Below are positions 40,546-52,892 of a stretch of 64,000 bases of DNA, piece after piece. The notes beneath the pieces were generated by a model. It was given only the letters and a program-made list of their open reading frames with translations. It made no database searches and was not told the DNA's origin. Each line of letters opens with the position of its first letter. The stretch's first letter is position 1. Where the stretch lies: NCBI GenBank assembly GCA_951406725.2, contig OX597819.1, positions 84,382,001 through 84,446,000 of the forward strand, given 5' to 3'. A program made the position numbers and the translations under genes. The DNA comes from Octopus vulgaris (taxonomy: Eukaryota).

Positions 40546-42357
40546 CTGTAAAAAAAATTTGATTACTATTATTATTATTGACATGATATTACTGGCCTAT
40601 TACTTAGGAAAGCATAAATTTTAATTGAGTGTTGTCATTGTTATTTATCCCTAGGTCTGCCTTAGTCAAGCAGACCTATGATCAAAGCCATTATATCCAT
40701 AATCCCATTTTATTCCCTGTGTGTGGAGAACCTAAAAGACAGTATCCAATATGTCCTTCTCTGAGATGAAAGGAAATAGCTTGAAGGATACTGAAATGTT
40801 ATTTCTATAGGTCTAGCAGCAATGTGGAGCCTTCACCAACTCTATATTTTTGTGAGAGGTAGAAATCATGAGTCTTTCCATAAGAAAGGAAAGTAGATTT
40901 TCTTCTCTTACAACAATGAATAAGCTTAAATTGTAACTTGGCCAAACAAAATATAACAAAAAATAAAATTATCTTGTTTAATTACCCTATTATTCTACTT
41001 GAAATTAAAACTCTTTATGTTTTTGTTTCTTCTTATTGAATATAACAGAATGTAATCCTATATGGTTTTAATAAAAGTTTCTTTTTGCTTTCTGTTTTTT
41101 CTCCACTTCTACAGTGTCTGTTTTCAGCCAACAGACCGTGAATGAATTTTGTGTGAACAAAGTTACCTCCCTTGAAATAATTTGATAATTTACAATCACG
41201 TAACTTATGACCACGTTTTTTTATGTTTATGCATGTCTTTTTTTTTATGTTTATTATGTATAGAGAGAAGGGGAGAAAATAAATCCGTCTAACGATCTAG
41301 TGGTCACCAGGGTGTTGTTGTTATTTAGCCCCAGGTCAACCTTAGTCAAGCAGGCTTACTATCAAAGGTATCATGTCCATGACTGCCCCACCCTCTTCTT
41401 GTGTGTGAGGAACCCAGAAACACATTATCCATGTCCAAGGAAACCTATAGTCAATCGAAGAAACCTAAGATATAATAAAACACAGATGTATAAACATGGT
41501 TATGCAGTTAAGAAGCTTGCTTCATAATCACGTGGTTTGGGGACCCAGTCTCACTGTACTATACCAATGGCAAGTATCCTCCAGACCAGGAGTTCTTAAC
41601 CATTTTTTTTTTATCTATGGACCCCTTTGATTACTATAAACCATTCAATGTTTGAGGTTAGTTTTCAAAATTTTTGTATGTTACACACATCAACTTTTGT
41701 AGGTTGAATTATGTAAAATGTTAGAGAAAGAAACCTAGCTGTTTCTTGCAACACATACCAATACATACAGCTAAAGCAAAATTTTGCCTCACCCCACTAT
41801 ATTTGTCCTTTTTATTCTCCCCTCTTTCTTAATGATAAGACAAAAGATTTTGCATGAACACAATTCTTCTTTGTTCACTATGGTGTTGGACAAGTTTAAA
41901 AAGTTTAAAAGTATTAAACATAGAAAATTGTGTGCTTCCCTTTTTTACCCTCACTACCAACCCCCATGACAAACATAACACTGATTTAACCCTTTAATAT
42001 TGAAACTGGCCATATCTGGCCCAAATATTCTACCAGTGTTATGTTGAAACCAATCAGATCAAACTTCTCATACCCACCCTACAATATTAATTTAAAAGTC
42101 AGATGAGGGCTATAATAGAAGACATTTACACTAGGTGCAAGTGGAATGAAACTAAAACCATGTGGTTGGGAAGAAAACTTCTGAACCACCCAGCCATGCC
42201 TGCACCTATAAATACACCTTAGTCAATAAAATGAGTAATAAACTGAAATAAGTACTGGGAGTTGATATGAATGGCTAAAACCCTTGAGGGTCGATCTCCA
42301 GTATAGCTGTTGTCCAATGATTAAAAACCAATAAAAGAGTAACTAAATCATACTTAC

Positions 42358-42405
42358 TTGATATAAAATGTTCTGAAGCTGAATAAACTGAAGTTGCCTT
42401 TTTAT
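42358..42405 (-). CDS. CENPU: CENP-U-like gene, exon G (IKRQLQFIQLQNILYQ)
   Basis: cttgtttttacag acceptor and CAA|GTAAGT donor; 48 nt, phase 0->0; coiled-coil-like. Confidence 0.8.
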
Positions 42406-42496
42406 CTGTAAAAACAAGAGAAAAGTAAATTAAGGGAAGCTATTAAAGACATCAAAGAATATTCTAGGATTGTCATTTGTTATTGTTGTTGTTTAG

Positions 42497-42670
42497 AACC
42501 AAGCCATCTACTCACGATACCAGAAGGCGCACACTCTCCTACTCTGATGTAATCTCCAGGGATACAGGCATCCAGCAACAGGACCTCCGTAATGCTATGA
42601 TGGACCGTGAAGTCTGGCACCGCATGGTAAATTCCATTGTCTCGACCATGGTCGAACAATGATGATGATG
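42497..42670 (+). mobile_element. Short RTE-like LINE 3' tail with a (TGA)n end
   Basis: RRRTLSYSDVISRDTGIQQQDLRNAMMDREVWHRMVNSI*, followed by tgatgatgatg. Confidence 0.7.
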
Positions 42671-43769
42671 ATTAGAACCAGGTTAATACTGAGATCAAAA
42701 ATCAAAGGCATTCCAGCCATGACAAATCATTCTTTTTTTTTTTTAACAATCCATCTGAACATTGATCGCTGACTCTTTCAGCCGATCTATCCAGGTTAAG
42801 TGTCCCTACACTCACAAACTATCAATGGTGTTGCTGTTCCTGCTGCTTCACACAAGGTTTGAATGCACTTATCTATATCTAAGAATTGAGTTTATTACAT
42901 GTACAACATGGCTTCTTTGTCAAGCTAGTGTAGATAAATTGGGACCACTTTATTCAATACAAACTTTTTTTTAAAACAGTAATGAATGAACTGAAGGAAA
43001 TTTGGCTGGTGCTGTTTCTAGCAGGTTTTCCATTTAGACTGTTTTCCTTTCCTACTAGTATATGACTGTATGACTAATATGTCAAAATTTAATTTGAACA
43101 GCTGTTTTAGGCTTATACAGCTATCCCTTTACTACAATCTTAGCCGGCCTAAAAAAAAAAAAAAAAAAAACAAAAGATGTATTAGAAACAGATTATAGCC
43201 TTTCAATATCTAAAACATGTAAAAGGCATTCACTACACTCTCAGAGTGGTTGGTATTAGGAAGGGCATCCAGCCATAGAAACCAAGCCAAACTCAAACTG
43301 GAACCTGATACAGCAGTTTCATTCAAGCCATCTAACCCATGCCAGAATGGAAAGCAAATGTTAAATGATGATGATGTTCTTGTTGTTGTTGTTGTTACTC
43401 TGAGTGATTATATATAGTTGAGTTGGCTTCCTGTTCTTTTCTCATCTTGTGAGTACTTGCTGACTTCACCAGTGCCAGTGGCACAAAAAAAGCACCCAGT
43501 ACACATTTTGTAAAGTAGGCGTTAAGAATGGCATCCAATCATAGAAACCATACCAAAGCTGACACTGGAGCTTGACATGGTCCAGCAGCTCACCAGACTC
43601 TGTCAAACCATCCAACCTATGCCAACATGAAAACAGACATTAAATAATAATGATGATGATGATAGTAAGGATGATGGTGGTGATGATGATGATGGCAGGG
43701 GCAATGGTGATGATGATAATGTTATTGTAGCAGCATGCAAAAACTACACAAACACACACATACACGCAT

Positions 43770-43810
<41 letters not shown>

Positions 43811-43831
43811 TTTTTTTTTATCAATACTCAC

Positions 43832-43910
43832 ATCAGTGGAAATCTTCTCTTTCACAAAATTTCTCATTCTTGAAACTACCAACTTCTTATCGACATCAGT
43901 GATTTGTCCC
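43832..43910 (-). CDS. CENPU: CENP-U-like gene, exon F (GQITDVDKKLVVSRMRNFVKEKISTD)
   Basis: tttttttgtctag acceptor and GAT|GTGAGT donor; 79 nt, phase 2->0; amphipathic helical pattern. Confidence 0.8.
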
Positions 43911-44824
43911 CTAGACAAAAAAATTTTTTAATGAAACAAAAAAAAAAAACATGATGTGAGATTAAAGACAGAGTAAGTACTAAACTTCAAAAAATGAAGA
44001 CAGGGGTCAATTTGTTCAAGTAAACCCTCGTAGCTATTTTTGATATGCTAATATATAAATCCTTGAAGGTGGTGCCTTAGCATTGTTGCAGTTTAATGAC
44101 TAAAATAAGTAAAAGTTAAAAGATAGAACTACTGCTATTGTAAGTAATGAAAATATTTTCTTTCTCAGCACAAAAGACAGATAAACAATACTTGTCAGAA
44201 ATCTAATGCTGTATATAATTAAAATGTACTTTGATCAGAGAACTTGTTGAAAGTGGCCTGTTAGAATAGGGTCATGTGCAATTTGAAAAGGTTGAAGAAA
44301 TTAGAGAAAACAATAGGATATCAAAATCCTGTTGCAGGATTACTCATTTTTACAAACTGAGGTGTCTGTACCATGAAGTAGTAATGGAAAGTGTCTTTTT
44401 TTAGTTTCAAGTCAGCTGATCTATGATCAAAAGTGTTCCAGCTGTGACCATCACATCTTTTTGTGTGTCCATGACTACATCGTCCAATGTGCCCTGCATT
44501 TCCTATTTTTTTCGTTTCTTTTTGTTAAGATGGTAGATTTGTGGGAGATTTGATTGCTGTTTCTCACAGGCTGAACAACCACAATAGTGGCATCTGTTGC
44601 TGGTGATGGGAAGTAGTCATGGAACTTGTGAACCAAGTCAAAGTTGGGCAGAAATAGTCAAGTCAGAACTGAGAATGTTGAGAATCACATATGAAATGAG
44701 ATAGGACTAAAAGGCTTACAAAAGTATGGCTCTGTCGTTAAGAAGCTTACTTCCCAACCATGTGGTCGTGTGTTCAGTCCCACTGGGCAGCACCTTGGGC
44801 AAGTGTCTTGGGCCAGCCAAAGCT

Positions 44825-44867
<43 letters not shown>

Positions 44868-45243
44868 AGAGAGAGAGATAAGAAAATGCTTTACATAACT
44901 AGTATCTTTATATATTTTATATGTAAAGCATAATATGTTATACATGTATGTATATTCTTGTAATTGTCATTTTAGTAAATAAATAAATTGACATAATATA
45001 ATGTCTAAAAGTTGATGAACCACCTATTGATCCCCTCCATTTTCTTATTGCTCTATAAATTAATGGTAAAATAACTCTTTACTATCACCCATTTATTACA
45101 CTCGGTAATGTAATTGCAATGCAATAAAAAACACTTGTGTATTAATAATTGGGTATTCTACCAGCAGTATATTGGATAGATATTATCCCTTAGTTGGTTG
45201 GATTCACAACCTCTAACTTTCTTGGAATATATATATATATATA

Positions 45244-45577
45244 CGGTATATTTAAAACATTACGTTATATAATTAGGGTTCAGTAAAAAAAATTCACTTT
45301 ACCACACACCAAACTTTTAGAAATAGCAGCCAAAACATTTTAGCTATTTCTTCTACTATAAGAAAAGTCTCCCAGACAATGTATACTCAAAAATAATTCA
45401 CGTAGGTATAGAGGGAAAAATAATGAAAGATCACACGTACATCGATTACTTGAGAATGCCATTTCTGGATTAGTTGGATAAAGAGATGCTAGAAATACAT
45501 ACTCCTATCAACATTTCCTTCGTCAGCCCAAAATTTACTGAACCCTAATTATATAAAGCAATGTTTTAAATATACTG
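45244..45577. mobile_element. MITE with about 50-bp TIRs and TA target duplication
   Basis: cggtatatttaaaacattacgttatataattagggttcagtaaa ... tttactgaaccctaattatataaagcaatgttttaaatatactg. Confidence 0.8.
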
Positions 45578-45653
45578 TAAATGGTCTTTTTACATACTGA
45601 ACACTACTTGATAAAATTAATTAATAATTAATTGATTTTACCCTTTTATTATT

Positions 45654-45697
<44 letters not shown>

Positions 45698-45724
45698 ATA
45701 TTTTTGAGTATTATTTATTCACCA

Positions 45725-46089
45725 TTAGCACTATAACCCGGCAACACCGGGTCATAATGCTAGTGCATGCATATACAGCTGCGTGCGTGCACACATACAC
45801 GCGAGTACTGTCCAAATCTCCAACCAATCACATACAGCTAGCTGGCATTCAATTGGCGTATCACATTTCGGGCATTTTGATTGGGTTTTGGATAGAAAAT
45901 TCACAAAAATAGTCACTTCTATTGATTTTTTAATGGCTTTGCGGGGTGACTGGGGAAATGTAAAGATGTGCACGACCACCCTTGGACGGTTTTGAATGGC
46001 CATAGAAAGTGTGAGCCCTCTAACTGAAAAATTGTGGATTTGTATGAAGGACACACACACAGACATTTTGCCGTTTATATATATAGAGA
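45725..46089 (-). mobile_element. Non-autonomous Helitron, second copy (reverse complement of 10651-11007)
   Basis: Highly similar over about 360 bp; TC start, CTAA end and the same subterminal hairpin. Confidence 0.85.
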
Positions 46090-46555
46090 TTATACGTGTT
46101 TCATTTGCTAATAAGAATTACAAAGTTTTACATGCTAGATAGACATGTAAGGAATTTCCTAACATAGAGCAGCAACTGAGACTATATATTGGATTGTAAA
46201 AATGTATTAAGCAGATATGTTTCAAGAAGAAACAGCAGAGATTTATCTTAACTACAGCATGTGTGTGTGTGTGTGTGTGTGTATGTGTGTGTGTGCACAT
46301 ACACACTCCACCACTACTTCACAACTGGTGGTGGTGGTTTATTTATATCCACATAACATAGTGGTTCAGCAAAAGAGACCAATATAATAAGTGCTAGGCT
46401 TAAAAAATAAGTACTGGGGTTGATTTGTTTGATTAGATCCTTCAAGGTGGTGCCCCAGCATGACCACAGTCCAATGACTGAAACAAATAAAATATAACAG
46501 ATAAAGCAAGCATGGGAAAAATTATAGAATACTAGTGATATTAATGATATTGATG

Positions 46556-46591
<36 letters not shown>

Positions 46592-47134
46592 TGCGCACAT
46601 CTGTGTGTGTGTGTGTGTGTGTAAAGTCTCAAAGGTAATGTAATATTTCTACAATCAGAAGTAGCTTCCCAACAACACTATGGATTAGGAGACATGTATG
46701 GCTACAATTAGTCCATATTACTCTGTAAGGAACATAGACATGGTTTTCCAATTCCTCCGGCATATATATTCCTCCCTTTTGCAGGATTACTCATTTTTAC
46801 GAATTGAGTGGACTGGAGAAATGTGAAATGAAGTGCTTTGCTCAAGAACACAACATATCATCTAGTCCAGGAATCAAAACCACAATCTTATGATCACGAG
46901 TCCAACACCTTACCCACTAAGCTATGCACCTCCATGGAGACATGTATAACTTACATGGATTATACCCATATTATATGTAGAAGTGAAAAGATTGAGTGGG
47001 TAAGTTATCAGACTCCCAGCTGAGCTCAAATCCACTGCAGCTAGTTAGTTATATTACCAAGAAGGACACTTTATTTTATTTGTCAAAGTCCACCTTGTTA
47101 TTTGTAATAGGTTCTACATTTTCTAAAAGAAAAT

Positions 47135-47540
47135 AGGAGTGGCTGTGTGGTAAGTAGCTTGCTTACCAACCACATGGTTCCAGGTTCAGTCCCACTGCGT
47201 GGCACCTTGGGCAAGTGTCTTCTACTATAGCCTCGGGCCGACCAAAGCCTTGTGAGTGGATTTGGTAGACAGAAACTGAAAGAAGCCCGTCGTATATATG
47301 TATATATGTATATATATGTGTGCGTGTGTGTTTGTGTGTCTGTGTTTGTCCCCCTAGCATTGCTTGACAACCGATGCTGGTGTGTTTATGTCCCCATCAC
47401 TTAGCGGTTCGGCAAAAGAGACCGATAGAATAAGTACTGGGCTTACAAGGAATAAGTCCCGGGGTCGAGTTGCTCGACTAAAAGGCGGTGCTCCAGCATG
47501 GCCGCAGTCAAATGACTGAAATAAGTAAAAGAGAAAAGAG
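47135..47540 (+). mobile_element. tRNA-derived CORE-type SINE (octopus OR-like) with an internal microsatellite; well-preserved full-length copy
   Basis: A box TGGCTGTGTGG, B box GGTTCAGTCC, CORE-like ggcaccttgggcaagtgtct and tail gactgaaataagtaaaaga. Other copies at about 3012-3783, 9840-10070, 14270-14640(-), 18380-19000, 29282-29760, 31190-31533(-) and 60612-61190(-). Confidence 0.85.
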
Positions 47541-47939
47541 CATAAAGATAATCACTCATGAATACACACCCATGCTTGAACATTCACAATCAGAGCTTTG
47601 TTATTATGTAGTCATGGACTTTATTTCATTGTGTGGCACTCTGGGCAAGTGCCTTCTACTGTAGCAATCATGGGCAAAGTGTGGCCCACTGGACATTGTG
47701 AATGACAGATTTAATTTCATGAGGAAAATAACATATGCATAATTTTTTAGTAGTGTAGCCCACCTGATAATGAGCCACATCCCATGCAGCCCGCTTCTCA
47801 AAAAATGTTGCCCATGCCTATACTATAAGATGAATGGATGGATAGATGGATGGATAAGAAAATTAGTGAGAAACAAATTTGAACTTTCTAGCTTCAGTAG
47901 TTTCTTATATAGCAGGATAATCCCAATTGAAAACAATAA

Positions 47940-48353
47940 CACTGTATAACAATTTTTTTTTTGTTTGTCTTTGGTCAGGAAGTGTTATTTCTTATATGCT
48001 TCTATCTACAAATCAAAGGAAATGACTACCATTCCCTTCAAACTTTGCTTTTGTGACCTGGACATCAATGTTCTGAAAGTGACCTATTTTCCATTGCATT
48101 TCACACAGATTCTGTGCTGAGTTGCTGAAGCAGAAATATTTACTTGTCAGTTGCTTGATCATAGCTACTTGAGCATGTCCCTTAGTAACTGGGGAGCATC
48201 ATAGCCATATACTGAGAAGGATTCTTTGGGGTTTGAATAAATGTAACAAAAGCAGAGTTTGAAGGAAATATAAGCCATTTTTCATACTTTCTAGGTCTAA
48301 GCAAATACGAAATAACAGTTGTTACCCAAAGACAAAAATCAAGTTACACAATG
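47940..48353. mobile_element. TIR element (cactgt(a/g)taac...gttacaca(a/g)tg); related copies at about 31540-31965 and 19520-19810
   Basis: Imperfect TIRs of about 60 bp; three copies share the internal sequence. Confidence 0.65.
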
Positions 48354-48466
48354 TAATAAATTAGTGAAACACTTTATTTGCTTCAGTGAGACCTAATTTT
48401 GGAGGTGGTTTGATACACTTGACATAGGGAATGATAGTAAGGGATATGCAAAAACAATACACTTAC

Positions 48467-48590
48467 AACACCATTTCAATGGAGTGATCCACAACATCTA
48501 ATATAACATCAAGTTCTGACAGACTTTTGGCAGTGCGTTTCGTGGAGTTATTATTTTTAAGTACATTCAGTTTAATTGGTTTAGGATTAT
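48467..48590 (-). CDS. CENPU: CENP-U-like gene, exon E (NPKPIKLNVLKNNNSTKRTAKSLSELDVILDVVDHSIEMV), start of the CENP-U-like domain
   Basis: tgtttcag acceptor and GTT|GTAAGT donor; 124 nt, phase 1->2. KRTAKSLSELDVIL resembles the vertebrate CENP-U motif KR..xDITEL(D/N)V(V/I)L as I recall it. Confidence 0.75.
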
Positions 48591-50668
48591 CTGAAACAGT
48601 AGAGAGTTTTTGTGAAAGATATATGAATCATAATTCTTTAATGTCTGGCTTCCATGCTGGTACGAGTAGGATAGTTTGACAGGGTCTGTTGAGTCAAAGG
48701 AATGTGTCATGCTATGGTAGCAACAGTAGCGTCATCATCATCTAACATCCATTCTCCATACTGGCATGGGTTAGATGGCCTGGTAAGTGTTGGCCAGCTG
48801 GAGAGCTACCCAGGCCCCATTTGTCTTACTAATGCCAACCACTTTACAGAGTGTACTATATCTTTCAAAATAATACTAAATAAATTAATGCCATCTCTGT
48901 GCTTGTGTCACGTAAAAAACACTTAGTCCACTCTGGTGGGTGGGTGGTTGGTGTTAGGAAGGGCATCTAGCCATAAAAACTCTGCCAAAACAGACACAGA
49001 AGTCTAATACAGGCCCTGCCTGGCTAGCTCCTGTCAAACCGTCCAAACCATGCCATCATGGAAAGTGGACATTACGTGCTGATGACAAAAGAATCTGCAG
49101 CTCAATCACTCAAATGAAATAATGAAACTAAGAATTACTAATTTCTAACATAGGCAAAGAACCTTGGATATATAACTGTTGCTGTTTAGCCTCAGACTAG
49201 TAATGACAGAGCACACTTATGATTCAAAATGCTTCAAACTTGACAATTTTATTTTTTCCAAGCATAATATATCTTGAACTTTGTCTTAGGTATGACTTTA
49301 AACTGCATCCTGTAGTCAAGCCCTTGTTAGGGAGTTCCAGAGTTTTGTGGAGTTATGGGTTAATTAGCATACCATAGGATTGGTTCTAAAAGAAGGTTGC
49401 TCAAAGAAATCCCAAACAGACCCAGCGCACACGAGGTCCTTCAGCACTTTAACTATTCATCTAAGAGAAGGTAACTTCATACAAATCTTGCATCTTGTTG
49501 CACCAGACCAACACAAGTTTGAAGAACAAGTGGGACTGGTTCTGCATAAACCATGCCTACTAAGATACTATTCATCATGTAAGTTGTTCAGCAAACCAAG
49601 ACATCAACACCATTACACTTTCTTCATAAGTCCAGTGGCGATGGGGATAGATAGAGGATGTTACTGGATTTCTTCAGCTTCAAACCTGCATACAGGTAGC
49701 CACAGGGCAACAAACTAAGAACACTGTGCAGCTGGGTTTTGTTGAACTGTCATTCATTGAAGCAACAAGAGAATTCATATCTTGAATTAGGTCATTCAAT
49801 GAATTCTCCTTCTTTTTTTTTTTAAGATGACTGGCTGTCATATGAAGATTTGGATGTTTATTTCTAGCAGGCTGAGTGACTATGTTAAGGGCTCCCTTAC
49901 TGGCTTATCAGTAGATTTATTTCAGAGGAGTAACATGAAAGTGAGCAGAACCTGCTTTTGTCAGCATTATGAGCAACATAGGTAAATTGTGAGTCTCATA
50001 CATGTCCCCCTTCCATACCTCTCTTTCAGTATCCACTTTATTACTTTCTTCACCATCACACTTTCACAATAAATCTGTTCCTCTCATTGTACTTTACTCT
50101 CTCTCATGATCTTGCCTAAAATCAACTCTCTCTCACTCTCTCTCTCTCCTCCATTTTAGTTTTGGTCATGGAGGCTATTTAGTCTTTCCAGTTACAAGGC
50201 AGCTTCAGTAGTGGTGGGTCATGGAAAAAAGGTATCCGGCACATAAAAAGCACCATTTGAGCATGGCCGTTGCCAGTGCAACCAAACTGGTCCTGGTGCC
50301 AGTGGCACGTAAAAACACCCACTACACTCTCAGAGTGGTTGGCGTTAGGAAGGGCATCCAGCTGTAGAAACTCTGCCAGATCAGATTGGAGTCTGGTTCA
50401 CCAGACCTGTCAAATCGTCCAACCCATGCTAGCATGGAAAGCGGACGTTAAACGATGATGATGATGAGTACATTCTGCTAAGTGCTAGCTATGGAATTCA
50501 TACTAAAACTGAGACAGTAGAATACAAGATCTTCAGATCTGTCAGATCGTGTCTGACCATCCAACAACCCAGGTCAGCATGAAAGGCAGACCTAAAATTA
50601 GGATTAAGATGAAATGAAAATGAATCGAGTCATTAGAAAAATAAGTGACAATTTGAAGCAATACTTAC

Positions 50669-50861
50669 TAAGCGAGATATTGTTATCACTCTCCCCAGGA
50701 AACATTATATACTCCAAACACTTATTAACCTCATTCAGTTTTTGGTCACTGTCGTTTTTTGAGTCATCCTCATTTTCAGAGGAACTAGTAATATGGCTAA
50801 TATGAAGAGATGATAATTCAGAAATACTATAACTAAATTGTTTTTCTGCATCTTTCTTATC
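50669..50861 (-). CDS. CENP-U-like gene, exon D (DKKDAEKQFSYSISEL...PGESDNNISL), acidic/Ser-rich
   Basis: ttttttcag acceptor and CTTA|GTAAGT donor; 193 nt open in frame, phase 0->1. Confidence 0.85.
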
Positions 50862-51159
50862 CTGAAAAAAAGAAAAAACATTACTACTTTTAGTAATTTT
50901 AAAAAATTATATTTTTTTTACTTTAACCCTTTTTAGCATCTAGAATATTTTGTCAAGTGTTATGCTTATTTATTCATGTTGTTTTAAATTAATCATGCAT
51001 TATTTTGTAGTTTTGAGATTTCAGTGATGTGATTGTTTATTTTTACCATGGCATTGTAGGATAGGTGTAAGAGGCTGGATCCAGTCAGTTTGAATGTAAA
51101 ACAGGTAGAATATTTTGGGCTGGATATGGCCAGTTTAAAGGATTATTATTATTATTATT

Positions 51160-51710
51160 GAGTGAGAGAGCAGTGCATGCCATCAAAATCACACTGGGGT
51201 AAAATATACGAAGCCCAGTATACTCATCATGACTACTTGTCTGATAAGGGTACACCAGGCACATGCATCACAACCATATGTGCGCGACATGGTGATCTCA
51301 TATCAAGATAAACAGCACATGACCTTGCAGGTGGGGCCCAGTTAGAATTTTCTTCTGGTTGAGTAACCCATCCCACTCAAAAGGTCCCTGAATAAGGATT
51401 GTTTAAGGATGTTGAATGAACCACCCATGTTTCTAAAGGTGAATTATCCAAACCTCCAAGAATTCCTCTCAACACATGGCTATGATGCTCCCCCACTACT
51501 TCTGCTCATGATCAGAGATGCAAATATCGTCAGCCACTAAGGGACATGGTCAAATTGTTACAGTCAAACAACTGACAAGCAAATCTGTGGTATTGAGCAG
51601 AATATTTGCTGTAGCCCATCTTTTATACCAAGAGAAAACAATGAACATAACACTTCCAATCAGTTAAGATCAGAAGCCATGAGAGCCACTGTCTGGTACT
51701 GCATCAGGGC
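51160..51710. repeat. About 550-bp interspersed repeat flanked by (TTA)n
   Basis: Sits between ATT tracts and shares about 170 bp (inverted) with the TIR elements at 31540-31965 and 47940-48353. Confidence 0.55.
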
Positions 51711-51721
51711 AATTATTATTA

Positions 51722-51764
<43 letters not shown>

Positions 51765-52680
51765 GATGGCAAGCCGACAAAGTCATTAGCATGCTGGGCA
51801 AAATGCTTAGCAGCATTTCGGCCAACTTCACATTCTGAGTTCAAATTCCACCAAGATCGACTCTTGCTTTTCACCATTTCAGAGTTGATAAAATAAGAAC
51901 CAGTTGAGAACTAGATCAATGTAACTGACTTTCTCCCTTTCCCAAACTTGCAGGCTTTGTGTCAAAATTTGAAAATCATTATTTATTATAGTGCCTCACA
52001 AAATCTTCAGTGGTATTTCATCTGTGTTTACATTCTGAGTTCAAATTCTGCCAAGGTCAACTTTGCTTTCTTTCCATCAGGGTTGAAAAAATAAGTACCA
52101 GTTGAGCACTGGGGCTGATGAAATCGACTCACCTACTCCCCTAAAATTACTGGCTTTGTGCCAAATTTTGCATCCATAATTATCATCATCATCATCATTA
52201 TCAGATTCTATACAGCTGGCTATCAAATTTCATTCACAAGATCATGGTCAAGCTAGGGCTATGGTACCAGAAGTTATTAGGGCACAATGTTGTGGTTGCT
52301 GTTGTTCAGGTCTAATTTAAAAAAACTGTAAACAAAAGTGTTCCAACTCTGACAATCCTTGTCATTTTTGTATATTAGGATTACACTGTCCAATGTTACC
52401 TTCTTTTTTTAAGACAGAAGTGTGATTTGATGGAATCTGGTTGCTATTTCTAGCAAACCAAACAGCCGTATAGAGCTAGGCAAAGTGCTTAGCAGAATTT
52501 CATTTGTATTTATGTTCTGAGTTCAAATTTCACCAAGGTCAACTTTGCCTTTCATTCTTTTGGGATCAATAAAAGAAGTACCAGTTGAGCATGAGGGGTT
52601 GATGTAATCAACTTCCCTAATTCCTCTAAATTGCTGGTTTTGTGCCAAATTTGTAAATAACATCATTGTTGCCCACACTA

Positions 52681-52892
52681 TGAGGGGGTGCTATAAAGTT
52701 GCTGACTTTAAGGGCATTGCAAAGGTCTGGTTGGAAGCCCAACCTTCTGAATTCTTTTACAGGGATTAGAAAAACTGAAAGATCACTGCAATAAGTGTGT
52801 GAATCTGAGAGGGGAATACGTTGAATAAAATCATAACTGATCCTCCTATATATTTTTTTATCCAAAGCCAGGAACTTTTCAGCAACCCCTCA
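52681..52892. mobile_element. Mariner-derived MITE, second copy
   Basis: TA|tgagggggtgct ... acttttcagcaacccctca|TA; reverse complement of 2563-2779. Confidence 0.8.

Noticed and set aside
47135-47200. tRNA-like A/B boxes here and at 63195-63265
   Set aside because: They are SINE heads; no complete cloverleaf or acceptor stem.
49330-49760. 112-aa plus-strand ORF in a CENP-U-like intron
   Set aside because: No motif or splice support; likely a decayed TE.
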